A stretch of 64,000 nucleotides of DNA from a virus, in the IMG/VR virus record IMGVR_UViG_3300042542_005394, positions 1-64,000 of that record; one strand, given 5' to 3'. The notes under the pieces were generated by a model. That model did not search any database and had not been told where the DNA came from. It saw only the letters and a list, made by a program, of their open reading frames with translations. A program made the position numbers and the translations under genes. Position 1 is the stretch's first letter; each line of letters starts with the position of its first letter. This document shows positions 38,435-48,297 of this stretch, one piece after another.

Positions 38435-39226
38435 TCAGTTGTCCTCAATTTCTATAAGTGAAGTACTTTTAAAAGTTTGATTGGTAATAATGTCTAATAG
38501 TTGTTGATAAATTATATTTGCTCGTGCCATTGAGAAATCTTTGGTTTGTTTTACTCTAATTAGACTCAAGCCTTTTCCTGTGAGTAATCCATTTTTTTTC
38601 TCGTCGTATCTTTTGTTTCTTTCTAAAGCATCTTCTCCCCAAATTGGAGAGAAGTGAGACGGCCCGTCAACTTCTATAGCTAGATTCATTGTAGGCAGAA
38701 ACAGGTCTATTTGCAACTTGGTATTTGATAACATTTGCTCCTTATGGAAGTCAATTTTATACCCTTCTTGCAGTAGTCTGTCTAGTAGGTATTTCTCTAG
38801 CTTGGATCCTGTTTTACTACTTAATCTCGCTGCTTCATTCGCTAATTTAAGAATATCTGCTTTTGTTTGATCATCCATGGTTTCCCAATTTGCTCTACTC
38901 TTATCCTGTCTTGCTCTAAGTTCTTCATCAGATAGAGAATCCCATGATCTCATCACTCCTTTGCCAATCTTCGCTTTGGTGGTTAGCGATCTTTCTTGTC
39001 CTTTTGTTGGGTGTTTATGCTTTCCTGTTTTCAAAGCATTTTTTTGAGCTTGACTTTTATCTCTAATTTTTATATTAAATTTTTTAGCGTCTCGTCTAAG
39101 TTTGTTAGCATAGGTATTATATTGAATTGCTATATCATGAAAGCTTAGTTTGTTTTTTAGGTATAAATCATTTAGTAGCTGTTTTCTTTGAGCTTCGTTT
39201 AAATTTTCATAATTTATTGACGACAT
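38435..39226 (-). CDS. Vsr/DUF559-like endonuclease with basic NUMOD-like N-terminal region (homing-endonuclease-like)
   Basis: SKLE...IDLFLP...LAIEVDGPSH...DEKKN...LIRV. Upstream HPTKGQERSLTTKAKIG segment. ATG at 39226 is preceded by GAGGA. Confidence 0.7.
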   Translation of the reverse strand: MSSINYENLNEAQRKQLLNDLYLKNKLSFHDIAIQYNTYANKLRRDAKKFNIKIRDKSQAQKNALKTGKHKHPTKGQERSLTTKAKIGKGVMRSWDSLSDEELRARQDKSRANWETMDDQTKADILKLANEAARLSSKTGSKLEKYLLDRLLQEGYKIDFHKEQMLSNTKLQIDLFLPTMNLAIEVDGPSHFSPIWGEDALERNKRYDEKKNGLLTGKGLSLIRVKQTKDFSMARANIIYQQLLDIITNQTFKSTSLIEIEDN

Positions 39227-39674
39227 TACCGATTTCCTCTCCATTAAGAGTTTTCAATAGATGTAAAGGTTTTTTCCAACAAATTTCACATAGCTGATGA
39301 GTGTTTTCATTATCCGTAATTAACTCTATATTATCTTTCATATAAATATTTTCCCAAAAACCATATGGCAAAGATGTGTCATTTGACCACTCTGGTTCCG
39401 ATAGTAACAGTATTTGTTTTTTTGGCGACGGAAATGTTTGAGTTAGCATAGCGCTTTTAGTATCAAAAACGAATAGCATACCATCAAAATACTTTGCTTG
39501 CTGTATATGTAGCGTATAATACTTTTTATTGTTATCAATTCTAGCAAATTGATTATTAAACAGTACTATATTATAGTAGGGTCTAGCTCTGCATAGATCG
39601 TTAATACTAGACAGTATAGCGTCTTGTTTCTCGTTATTTACTACTACGTCTAAAAGATAAAAACCTATATCCAT
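39207..39674 (-). CDS. Hypothetical protein in glycosyltransferase cluster
   Basis: 155-aa alpha/beta ORF; context only. Confidence 0.45.
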   Translation of the reverse strand: MDIGFYLLDVVVNNEKQDAILSSINDLCRARPYYNIVLFNNQFARIDNNKKYYTLHIQQAKYFDGMLFVFDTKSAMLTQTFPSPKKQILLLSEPEWSNDTSLPYGFWENIYMKDNIELITDNENTHQLCEICWKKPLHLLKTLNGEEIGNVVNKL

Positions 39675-39683
39675 TATATTTTC

Positions 39684-40451
39684 CTATAAAATTGGTAAAA
39701 GTGCTGTTTGTATAAAATTAGAGTATGATTTACTATTAGCTTCTTCTATTGTTTTTTTACATATATTGTTATCTATAATGTTTTGGATATCTCCAGACGT
39801 TGATAGATTATCTATACCGCACGCTGTGGCTTCCAAATAAAACTTATTATCTATATCTATTAGTGCTCTATAAGTATTTAGTATTTTGCAGGAATCTTCG
39901 GGAGTTAAGAGTCCTAAATTTTGACTATGCTTAAAAGAAATAGAATTGAATAGACATAGAGGTGCTACAGAGTTGGGGTACAAAACCTTGTCCAGAAGAT
40001 CATGATTTTTTTGATCATCTGATGATAAATATACAGCAATTTTATTGTTTCTTGGTTTTTCTAAATTTTTATATATTTCATTATCATATAGATTATCGTA
40101 CGATATAAATTTTTCTGGTTTTTTTTCGGGATACCATTCTTTTTTAGAAACTACCACAGTATTCGTAAAATTCCAGAAGTCTATAATTTTTTCATTTACT
40201 ACTAAGTTATTGGTAAAAAGAATAATTTTAACGGTTTTGTGAAATTCTGTTATATAGTCATGAAATTCTTGAGTATATTCATTAGACGGCAGTAATACTA
40301 ATTCTGGTTTTATTTTGTGATTAGTATCAAATAATACATCATGTAAAGCATTACCTATTAGCTGGTAGTCACTTGATGCATTTTTTACCAGCGCTCTTAC
40401 AAAAGATCGGTATTCGTTTTCGTTAGATAAATGGATTAATATTTTTTTCAT
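39684..40451 (-). CDS. Hypothetical protein, possibly degenerate GT-B-fold glycosyltransferase
   Basis: C-terminal NLGLL...ILNTY...FYLEATACG resembles the GT-B nucleotide-sugar-binding EAxACG motif. Confidence 0.45.
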   Translation of the reverse strand: MKKILIHLSNENEYRSFVRALVKNASSDYQLIGNALHDVLFDTNHKIKPELVLLPSNEYTQEFHDYITEFHKTVKIILFTNNLVVNEKIIDFWNFTNTVVVSKKEWYPEKKPEKFISYDNLYDNEIYKNLEKPRNNKIAVYLSSDDQKNHDLLDKVLYPNSVAPLCLFNSISFKHSQNLGLLTPEDSCKILNTYRALIDIDNKFYLEATACGIDNLSTSGDIQNIIDNNICKKTIEEANSKSYSNFIQTALLPIL

Positions 40452-41149
40452 ATTTTTTCTTTAATTTTGTACTTGTCCTTGATGCCTGCAATCATTATAA
40501 ATGAGTCGTTAGGTATAACAAAGTTGTGGTATTTTATCATATTGGAACTTACAGATTTGTTTATTACTTCAAATAGAAACATATTATCATAAAAAGTATT
40601 AGTAGAAGCCTTTAGTTTCTCCACATCTTTTTTGCATAAATAGACCGAATTACACCAAGCTAAAGATCCGACATCATAGAATATGTAATCTAGCTGGTCC
40701 TGAGCATCCATCACAGAGCCTATATATTTGTTCTTGGTGTCATGTTTTTTAGTTTTTCGATTCAGTATCCATGAATTTTTAAAAGGAGGACAGGGCAAGT
40801 TTTCAACATCTTTTAGAACAACTCCGTGATCCATTATAAATAAGCCATCATATTTATTAGAATCGAAATTTGCTAATATTAGCTTAATGGCATATCCATG
40901 ATTAGCATTTTCGAACTTGTCGTTATATATTTTACCTATATTCTTAGACAGTTTTTTGTATAATTTTTCAGTACCAAATCCTGAAACGATAGTGATAGCG
41001 GGTTTAGAGAATACTCTATTTACGCATTCTATTTGATGCAATATCAGTTCCTTAGAGTGGTCATTATTTTTTAAAAGCCCCAAAGGACCATAGGACTTCA
41101 TGCCTTTTGTAATTTCATAAGACAGTATAAAACATTGAATGTTTTTCAT
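40448..41149 (-). CDS. Nucleotidyltransferase-like protein (LicC/NTP-transferase-like, degenerate)
   Basis: GMKSYGPLGLLK...LILHQI...ITIVSGF...IYNDKFENAN; the canonical LAAGxG loop is absent. Confidence 0.55.
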   Translation of the reverse strand: MKNIQCFILSYEITKGMKSYGPLGLLKNNDHSKELILHQIECVNRVFSKPAITIVSGFGTEKLYKKLSKNIGKIYNDKFENANHGYAIKLILANFDSNKYDGLFIMDHGVVLKDVENLPCPPFKNSWILNRKTKKHDTKNKYIGSVMDAQDQLDYIFYDVGSLAWCNSVYLCKKDVEKLKASTNTFYDNMFLFEVINKSVSSNMIKYHNFVIPNDSFIMIAGIKDKYKIKEKI

Positions 41150-41562
41150 TTATTCTTTTCGATTACTGCAACAAGATTCAGATCTTCATTAACTAGTTTT
41201 ATTAATTTAAAATCGCTCATAGAAGATATTAAACCCATAAAATCTGATTCTGTCCAAAAGGAGTTTAAATTTTTGATAATATCAGCAAACTTATCTCCAT
41301 CTATGTAACTAGCTTTAACTCTATTGGCCAATAATACAAGATTCAAAAATCTAACAGTCAACTGTGCTCCAGGAGTCAGCTTTTTGAGACATTCGACCAA
41401 AATACCATTTCTGTCTTTCGGATCAAGTTTGTCTATAGTTGTAAAAATTATAGATTCAACATATCCATTAGTGATAGAGGATAATTGTTTGTAATTAATA
41501 TTATTGTATCCAGCAATTTCGTCTGTCGATTGGTCAATAGTTATATTTACTTGCCCTATCAT
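41146..41562 (-). CDS. Methyltransferase-like protein (truncated/degenerate)
   Basis: LVECLKKLTPGAQLTV resembles the class I MTase LKPGG motif; no GxG SAM loop is visible. Confidence 0.4.
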   Translation of the reverse strand: MIGQVNITIDQSTDEIAGYNNINYKQLSSITNGYVESIIFTTIDKLDPKDRNGILVECLKKLTPGAQLTVRFLNLVLLANRVKASYIDGDKFADIIKNLNSFWTESDFMGLISSMSDFKLIKLVNEDLNLVAVIEKNK

Positions 41563-42476
41563 ATAATAAACGCCTCCTGATTGATTGTGTTAATGCTATT
41601 TTTTAAAGATTCGCTAAATGAATTAAAATCAAACATTTCATGCACAGCGACTGAATTATCTTCAATAGTGTCTGTGTCTTTAATGATAGATCCGATGGCA
41701 TCAATAACCTCAGATGGAGAATTTATAAGGTATAGACCAGGAACATCGCCATAATCATTGGCCAGCATCTCTGTTTTTAAGCCGATGGCTTTGCATCCAG
41801 AAGCTATAGAACACAAAAGATTTACCACGTTGTGATCTGCAAAATCGATACATATTTTGTACTGATTACAGATACTATTTAATTGATCGACACTCATTTT
41901 ATTAGAGTCCAATGTGTCACACTCATAGCCTCTGGACTTCATAGCTCTTAATAGTTGAGAGTTATGTACTGCTTTATCGAAATTTAATATTAGCACATCT
42001 TTTGGTCTCTCTAGTCCTAGATTGTTGAATGCTTTTGGAATTCCATATTTAATAACCTCATATCTCTGATTTATGCCCCAAGATTTTCTTGCGTTTTCAC
42101 TAAAAAAAATTTTGATTTCTTTTGATAGATTGTTATTTAATATAGAAGCATCTTCTTTTTTAATAAAGTGTGGCCTATATGAGTGTGTAAAAATTATACT
42201 ATTTATGTGAAATTTTTTAAGGTTTGAAGTTGAATAACCTATAATATTATTAGTGATAGACAGATTGTAGTTATACAGACTTAGGTGGGACTGAGGGAGA
42301 TCTATTACGTTAGGTATGCTATAATTGGTTTTGTTGTCACCAAATATGTAATAGTTATTATCGATAAGTTGAAATACAGTATGATCAAATAAATTATTTT
42401 GAGGATAAAATACTATATTTTTTTTATTAGACGATAATTTCTGCAATACGTTACCAGTAATAAAGCTCAAGTACAT
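41559..42476 (-). CDS. Glycosyltransferase-like protein (GT-B fold, degenerate)
   Basis: IIFTH, VIKYGIP and LCSIASGCKAI motifs; adjacent to two clear GT4 genes. Confidence 0.5.
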   Translation of the reverse strand: MYLSFITGNVLQKLSSNKKNIVFYPQNNLFDHTVFQLIDNNYYIFGDNKTNYSIPNVIDLPQSHLSLYNYNLSITNNIIGYSTSNLKKFHINSIIFTHSYRPHFIKKEDASILNNNLSKEIKIFFSENARKSWGINQRYEVIKYGIPKAFNNLGLERPKDVLILNFDKAVHNSQLLRAMKSRGYECDTLDSNKMSVDQLNSICNQYKICIDFADHNVVNLLCSIASGCKAIGLKTEMLANDYGDVPGLYLINSPSEVIDAIGSIIKDTDTIEDNSVAVHEMFDFNSFSESLKNSINTINQEAFII

Positions 42477-43591
42477 AGTTTTTTCCCTATATTTTCGTAA
42501 CTGAAACGATCCATACTATTTCTTCCTATCTCTCTTTTATTTTCTAAATCTTTTTTGTTTTCCTTATACAGCTTGTATACATTTTGCATTTTAGATATTA
42601 GATCATATATATCAATCCTATACCAATATTCATTAGATGTGTATATATCAAAATCTTTAGATAATGGCCTATTATCTATAAAAACTGGTGTCCTATGACT
42701 TTTAACAATAAAACCATTTTCATTGTTTATATAGTCTATCATACCAGTATTATCTGTTACTATGGGAGTTTTCCCCAAACATAAAGCTTCAGCTGCTGGT
42801 CTACAGAAGGCTTCTCCAAAAGAAGGAGCTATTAAGCAATCACACGCGTTATGAAGTCCTATTATGTCCTGATCAGATAATCTTTCTGGTATAATAATTT
42901 CTTTTCTATATCTTTGACTTACTGAAAGTTTTTTCTTGATTGTTTCTAAGTCGTTTTCTATTGTTTTATAGCTTTCGTGCGGAGACATGCCAGAGATAGA
43001 GGTTTTAATAATTAGAGATACTGGTTGGTTAATATCAAAGGCTAAATTAAAAGCTAAAATTAAATCTTGTAAATTTTTACGTTCTACATATTCTCCAATA
43101 AAATAAAACTTAAATGTTCTATTAATTATTTCGCTAAACCCTATTTTATGACTACTGTACTTTTTTAATAGTTCTGTATCTAATGGTTGAGATATGCTGT
43201 GAATAGGTTTATTAACACCTGATTTTAGTAAGCTTTTCTTTTCTTGATTACTAGGTACCCAAATCTCATCCATTCTGTTCATGTTGGCTATACATTCAGA
43301 ATTAGACAAATTATTTGTCTCTAGCTCTGTTAATCCAATGTTCTTTTTATATCTGCCATCATAAAAAAAACAATGAGGCAAAGTCTTTTGTATTACGATA
43401 TCGTATGTATCATATTTTGTATTCTCATATTTTACTAGATCCGGCTCTAGTTCATCATTAGATGCTGAAGCTAAAAATACTGGTCTGATAGTTAAGTTGG
43501 GACATTTAGTCGCGACTGCTCTAATATAGCTTTTAGTCGCCATACCCCAACCATCATTTTGTCTATATGGACCTACAAATAGTACATTCAT
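42467..43591 (-). CDS. Glycosyltransferase family 4 (GT-B)
   Basis: DEIWVPS, ERKN, CDCLIAPSFGEAFCRPAAEALCLG motifs. Confidence 0.85.
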   Translation of the reverse strand: MNVLFVGPYRQNDGWGMATKSYIRAVATKCPNLTIRPVFLASASNDELEPDLVKYENTKYDTYDIVIQKTLPHCFFYDGRYKKNIGLTELETNNLSNSECIANMNRMDEIWVPSNQEKKSLLKSGVNKPIHSISQPLDTELLKKYSSHKIGFSEIINRTFKFYFIGEYVERKNLQDLILAFNLAFDINQPVSLIIKTSISGMSPHESYKTIENDLETIKKKLSVSQRYRKEIIIPERLSDQDIIGLHNACDCLIAPSFGEAFCRPAAEALCLGKTPIVTDNTGMIDYINNENGFIVKSHRTPVFIDNRPLSKDFDIYTSNEYWYRIDIYDLISKMQNVYKLYKENKKDLENKREIGRNSMDRFSYENIGKKLCT

Positions 43592-45255
43592 TGTAATCTG
43601 GCTTTCATGTTCGCGTATTCTATAAAGTCTTCATTTTTTAGACCGCTATCAGCTTCTTTAGCTTTTTGAGCTATATTATTATTTGATATCATATTATTAA
43701 GAACATCTAAAGTTTTAGATATTCCATATGGTTCAGTATTCATACCATTTAGAGTAAAGCCATAATCTAAATCTCTCATCATATTCAATAAAACCATAGA
43801 CGAAGCTATTTGATGGTTCGGCATATGTTTTGATACTACGCTCATTAGAGCATCATGATAACTCGTTGCATTTTCAGGAATATTATCTATCTTAGATAAG
43901 GTTGTGAGACTCTCTTCCCATTTGCCCTGCAATCCTTTTAATTGAACACTATCAAAATACTTTTCCCATTTACTAGCAATTAAGTCCCAGTTATAATATT
44001 GTTCTGTTAACTTTCTAGTTTCATGTCGTTTTTGATTTTTCAGTATTTTGGGCATGTTTATATAATTATATAGTATTTCTACTAAATGATCATTATCTGG
44101 ATAAACTCTTATTGCCTTGGTTTCTAGTTCTTTGAATGCTTGGTTAATTTTTACTGGATAGCCATTCAGCTTATTAACAACGTCACTCATGGCGCTGTAA
44201 TCTACAGAAGCTATAGGAATACCACATGCAGCAGCTTCTACCTGAGGCATACCAAAACCCTCACAGATAGCATATTGTACATATATATCAAAAGTATTCA
44301 TAATAGCAGATAAAATCTGAGTACTAACACCAGAACTAACATTAGGCATACTCATTGACTTTTGTCCACATCTCGGACAAAATGCCACAGGATGTTGGTA
44401 TAGAGACGTACCGAAATGAGCACAATTTTTACAACTGTAGGTGAATAGAACTCTATTACCAATCTTATATTCTTTTAGTAGCTGAGGAATATCCCAACCA
44501 GCATCGGGATAGCTGGTGTGAAGATAAAGATACGTTTTTTCGCCAATGGGATTGTTTTCTTTTTCTAGTTTATCTAGCAGCTGTTTTAATGAAGCGAAAA
44601 GTTCTGGCATTAACTTTCTTTTTTGGTTTCTCATTACAGACCCAATAACAAAAGCTGACGGGTCTATACCTAAAGAATTTCTTAGTTCATCTCTATTAGA
44701 GATAATATTGAATGTTTTTAGATCTACTCCGGGAGATGTTGTGTCGATATAGTTTATCTTATTGTTACTTTGTTGAGATAGCGTGTCTCTACCGAAATCA
44801 GAATATGTGAATACGGCATCTGCATGTAAAAAAGTATCAATCCACTCTTCTTGTTGTGGAGCAGAGTCTACAGTCGGCATCAATACCCAGTGATAAAATG
44901 GTCTTAGTGGAGAAAATTGTTGATAAGAATTCATCCAGTAGTCACGAACATCAAAAACTATATCTGGACGAAAATCTAGCAAAACTCTCTCAAAACGCCA
45001 TCGACCAAACTGGTTTTCCATAGAACTACTGTATTCTCTATGTCGCGGATCTTTATCGTCTACCGCGTTGGCGTAATATCTCCATCTGATGTCTGTATCT
45101 TTTGGATCATTAACTTTACCATATGAGGCAAATTCCGCTATTTCATATTTGCCAGTATCATGAAGTCTTTTGAGTATTTCCTTCGCATAAGTACCAAATC
45201 CGGAACTCAAAAAGCTAGCTTCCGAACACATGAGAATCTTTAGTTTTTTATTCAT
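43588..45255 (-). CDS. Glycosyltransferase family 4 with Zn-ribbon insertion
   Basis: SGFG, VMRNQKRK, FDIYVQYAICEGFGMPQVEAAACG; internal CKNC...CPRC. Confidence 0.85.
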   Translation of the reverse strand: MNKKLKILMCSEASFLSSGFGTYAKEILKRLHDTGKYEIAEFASYGKVNDPKDTDIRWRYYANAVDDKDPRHREYSSSMENQFGRWRFERVLLDFRPDIVFDVRDYWMNSYQQFSPLRPFYHWVLMPTVDSAPQQEEWIDTFLHADAVFTYSDFGRDTLSQQSNNKINYIDTTSPGVDLKTFNIISNRDELRNSLGIDPSAFVIGSVMRNQKRKLMPELFASLKQLLDKLEKENNPIGEKTYLYLHTSYPDAGWDIPQLLKEYKIGNRVLFTYSCKNCAHFGTSLYQHPVAFCPRCGQKSMSMPNVSSGVSTQILSAIMNTFDIYVQYAICEGFGMPQVEAAACGIPIASVDYSAMSDVVNKLNGYPVKINQAFKELETKAIRVYPDNDHLVEILYNYINMPKILKNQKRHETRKLTEQYYNWDLIASKWEKYFDSVQLKGLQGKWEESLTTLSKIDNIPENATSYHDALMSVVSKHMPNHQIASSMVLLNMMRDLDYGFTLNGMNTEPYGISKTLDVLNNMISNNNIAQKAKEADSGLKNEDFIEYANMKARLQ

Positions 45256-45258
45256 AAG

Positions 45259-45294
45259 TAAAATGAGAAAGGGGGTATTTCACCCCCATCTCTC
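45259..45294 (-). terminator. Probable intrinsic terminator after ssb
   Basis: Minus strand reads GAGAGAT-GGGGGT-GAAAT-ACCCCC-TTTCTCATTTT: a GC stem followed by a T-rich tail. Confidence 0.65.
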
Positions 45295-45316
45295 TATTCC
45301 TATTCTTAGGTTATTA

Positions 45317-45694
45317 TTAGAAACTGACCACTTCTTCCTCTGAAGCTTCCTTGTTTTTCCTGTTAGAAAGCTTTGTAATCTTTGAGAAATTGTTTACTCT
45401 GATCTTGAGGCTATTATGCTTTACCCCATCCTTTTCCCAAGAATCATTTCTAAGAGAACCCTCAACTAGAACAAGATCACCCTTCTTAAAAGACTGACTA
45501 ATAATTTCAGCCCCTGTATCCCAAGCCTCGCAAGGAACAAATGTGGTAACCTTATCCTTTTCTCCATTAGCCTTAGTATATTCACGAGAAACAGCAACTG
45601 TAAAATTTACTACTGAAGTCTGCTTACCGTTTGTACTAACAACCCTGAGCTCGGGATCTCTTGCTAAATTACCACGTAAAATATTTAGATTCAT
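45317..45694 (-). CDS. ssb: Single-stranded DNA-binding protein
   Basis: LRGNLARDPELR...VVNFTVAV...KKGDLVLVEGSL; acidic tail ending EEEVVSF; AAGGAG RBS. Confidence 0.95.
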   Translation of the reverse strand: MNLNILRGNLARDPELRVVSTNGKQTSVVNFTVAVSREYTKANGEKDKVTTFVPCEAWDTGAEIISQSFKKGDLVLVEGSLRNDSWEKDGVKHNSLKIRVNNFSKITKLSNRKNKEASEEEVVSF

Positions 45695-45740
45695 CAAAAT
45701 CTCCTTTTAAAGAAAATAACCAATTCCAACTGACTGAACT

Positions 45741-45769
45741 ATAATAGACGAACCCCGGAGCAACGTCAA
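45741..45769 (-). promoter_or_regulatory. Sigma70-type promoter upstream of ssb
   Basis: TTGACG-N17-TATTAT on the minus strand (-35 at 45769-45764, -10 at 45746-45741). Confidence 0.65.
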
Positions 45770-47394
45770 GTGCTCGGCAGATAAACTTTTTCAACAATCA
45801 GAGAGTCGCCAGTTTTTGCTCTTGACCCTTTAATAATAACAACGTTCCCACTAAATAGTAAATTACGATACATCTTGTATGATTCTGGGAAAAATATAAC
45901 AGAGTCCAAGAGACCCGTACCATCACTCACTGTAACGAATGCCATTTCTAATCCGGGATTTTTTCCCTTCTTTGTTTTTGTAATCCCTATATTCTCTATT
46001 TCTGCACAAAGTAGAATATTGTCCTTGAAAAGGCTATTTTTAAAATCTTTGCATGTAGTATTTGTCATTGTAACATCATACATATCAACCTTGGAACATG
46101 TAATATTACAACCTAAAATCTCATCTTCGCTATCTGCTATCCATTCAGGATTATCCTCTAAAGAATATGGAGGTTTATTAATAGCATTAATTAAAGTAAG
46201 AATAATGCTTTTCCTGTTTTTATTGATTTTAGCATTATGATACAGGTCGTGCATCGCATCCGATATTGTTGTATATTTAGAGATATTAGATATAATATAT
46301 TCGCATTCTTTTTTTGTTAATTCAGAAGCTATTCCAAAATCAAAAAGCATGGAAGTTCTGCTCTTTACCAGAAAAGATAAAGCACCAGCTTGAATTAAAG
46401 CTTTGGACGCATTAGAGTTTATATTCAATAATATATGCATGAGTAATTCTATCCATGTCATATTATCTATGTATAGTTTTTTATCTTTTAGTAGTTTGAT
46501 TAATTTATCAAAAATAGACTGGCCAAAACCTTTGATATCTGTTAATCCAAAATATATCTTTTGATTTTTTAAAATAAAGTGCTTATTAAGATTTCTAATA
46601 TCTGGTATACTAATATCTATATCCATCTCATTGGCATTTTGTACTAACTCTTTTATTTCTGCTTTGGGGTCTATTTTATCTTTCGCAAATCTTAGATATG
46701 ACGCAAAGAACACCCTGGGAAAATGTGCCTTAGTATACGCCGATAGATAGGCATTAATAGCATATGACACAGCATGGCTTTTGTTAAATGAATATCTTTG
46801 GCTTTTTTCGACCCACCCAAAAATCTCTTCTGCTTGTTCAGTTGATACCGTATTCTTAAGTTTACATCCCTCTAAAAACTTCGACTTGATTTTGGCCATC
46901 TCCTCTGGTTTTTTCTTTCCAATAGCTTTTCTCAACATGTCTGCTTCTTCCAAATTAAAACCAGCAATTACTTTAGCTATTTCCATAGCTTGTTCCTGAT
47001 AGATCATTTCACCATATGTACTGTGCAATATGGGTTCTAATGAAGGATGATAATAATCTACTGATTCTTGAGCATTCTTTTTATCTATATAGTGATTACT
47101 AACATTTTTACCTTCTCTATAAGCTTCAAGACATCCCGGTCTAAGAATACTGATCAACCCAGATAATTGTTCAATATTTTCTGGTTTTAACTTTTTAGCC
47201 ATAGACTTACCAAGCCTAGACTCTAACTGAAAACATCCCTTTGTATTACCGGCAGATATTAACTCCCAAGTTTTGGTACAGTCCAACGGTATATTTTCTA
47301 TAACAGGAAGGAATTCTATTAATGTTTTTTCTGGGTCATTGCCTTCAATTACATTAAACGAACATCCACAAGAATATTGAAATTTTTTAGACAT
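45766..47394 (-). CDS. dnaE: DNA polymerase III alpha, C-terminal part (fingers, HhH, OB fold)
   Basis: IPLD...GCFQLES...LRPG, TYGEMIYQEQ, ADMLRKAIGKK, YSFNKSHAVSY; OB-fold MAFVTVSDGTG. Confidence 0.9.
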   Translation of the reverse strand: MSKKFQYSCGCSFNVIEGNDPEKTLIEFLPVIENIPLDCTKTWELISAGNTKGCFQLESRLGKSMAKKLKPENIEQLSGLISILRPGCLEAYREGKNVSNHYIDKKNAQESVDYYHPSLEPILHSTYGEMIYQEQAMEIAKVIAGFNLEEADMLRKAIGKKKPEEMAKIKSKFLEGCKLKNTVSTEQAEEIFGWVEKSQRYSFNKSHAVSYAINAYLSAYTKAHFPRVFFASYLRFAKDKIDPKAEIKELVQNANEMDIDISIPDIRNLNKHFILKNQKIYFGLTDIKGFGQSIFDKLIKLLKDKKLYIDNMTWIELLMHILLNINSNASKALIQAGALSFLVKSRTSMLFDFGIASELTKKECEYIISNISKYTTISDAMHDLYHNAKINKNRKSIILTLINAINKPPYSLEDNPEWIADSEDEILGCNITCSKVDMYDVTMTNTTCKDFKNSLFKDNILLCAEIENIGITKTKKGKNPGLEMAFVTVSDGTGLLDSVIFFPESYKMYRNLLFSGNVVIIKGSRAKTGDSLIVEKVYLPST

Positions 47395-48079
47395 TTGCAA
47401 AAGAGTTTTTGAATTTAATTTTATTACCCAAATTACGATGCAGTCTTAAAAACCTTATCAGTATCTCAGCACAATCTTGAACATCTTTAAATGCGTCGTG
47501 TGCACCAACTTTTGATATTCCAAAATAATCTCTCAAAGAGTCTAATGTGTAGCTCTTAAGATCATTATTACTTTCAAACCAGTAAAATATTAGATTCATT
47601 ATGTCCACAACGTCTCGTGGATAGAATATATCAGAACGACCTTCTTTATTAGTATGACCATATTTAACGCTCAAGCGATCTATGATATTCAAATCAAAAC
47701 GATTGATATTATATCCAGCCGCTATTGGAGCACTAAATTGACTCTTTTTAGAAGATCTACTGTGATGCATTTCTAAATAATTAGTAAACATCTTCCAAGA
47801 TTGTTCTTGTTCAGGATATTCTTTCCATTGAGTCAAAATATCGTCCTTAGAACAGCCTTTAACCTTAGCATGAAAATCCAGTATATCTGTTGTATATACA
47901 TAATTTTCGTCCTTAGCCAAAGTTTCTGGTTTAAAGAAAACATTAAATTCTGACTTAGGCACAATTTCTAACTTAATTGGGTCGATGATTAATGCAGCCA
48001 TTTGCACTGGACTACAAGTTCTTGGATCAGACCCATCTGTTTCAAAATCAAATACGCAAATTTTGTTATAGTTTATCAT
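47387..48079 (-). CDS. DEDDh 3'-5' exonuclease (DnaQ/epsilon-like)
   Basis: ExoI DFETDG, ExoII GYNINRFD, ExoIII AHDAFKD. Confidence 0.9.
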   Translation of the reverse strand: MINYNKICVFDFETDGSDPRTCSPVQMAALIIDPIKLEIVPKSEFNVFFKPETLAKDENYVYTTDILDFHAKVKGCSKDDILTQWKEYPEQEQSWKMFTNYLEMHHSRSSKKSQFSAPIAAGYNINRFDLNIIDRLSVKYGHTNKEGRSDIFYPRDVVDIMNLIFYWFESNNDLKSYTLDSLRDYFGISKVGAHDAFKDVQDCAEILIRFLRLHRNLGNKIKFKNSFANV

Positions 48080-48297
48080 TAGTTGTTATTACTCGTAGTT
48101 TCTGTTACTAATTCAACCTCTACAAGCGGAGTTATTTGAACCTTTTGTTGAGGGTTGGATACAAGAGCAGCAGTCAGAATATGACAGCAGCTTACTCTCT
48201 CTTCAGATATCTTTACATACTCACTTATTGGTCCACCATTAACAGATGTCCTAAACTTTTGACCTACAGCTAAATCCATAAATTTTACCATAATCAT
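48079..48297 (-). CDS. Small hypothetical protein
   Basis: 72 aa, overlapping both neighbours; contains FMDLAVGQKF and VSCC. Confidence 0.6.
   Translation of the reverse strand: MIMVKFMDLAVGQKFRTSVNGGPISEYVKISEERVSCCHILTAALVSNPQQKVQITPLVEVELVTETTSNNN

Noticed and set aside
47387-48297. Intein or self-splicing intron interrupting dnaE
   Set aside because: The interval is entirely filled by two coupled ORFs (DEDDh exonuclease and a small protein), with no splice-junction residues or intron-like RNA.
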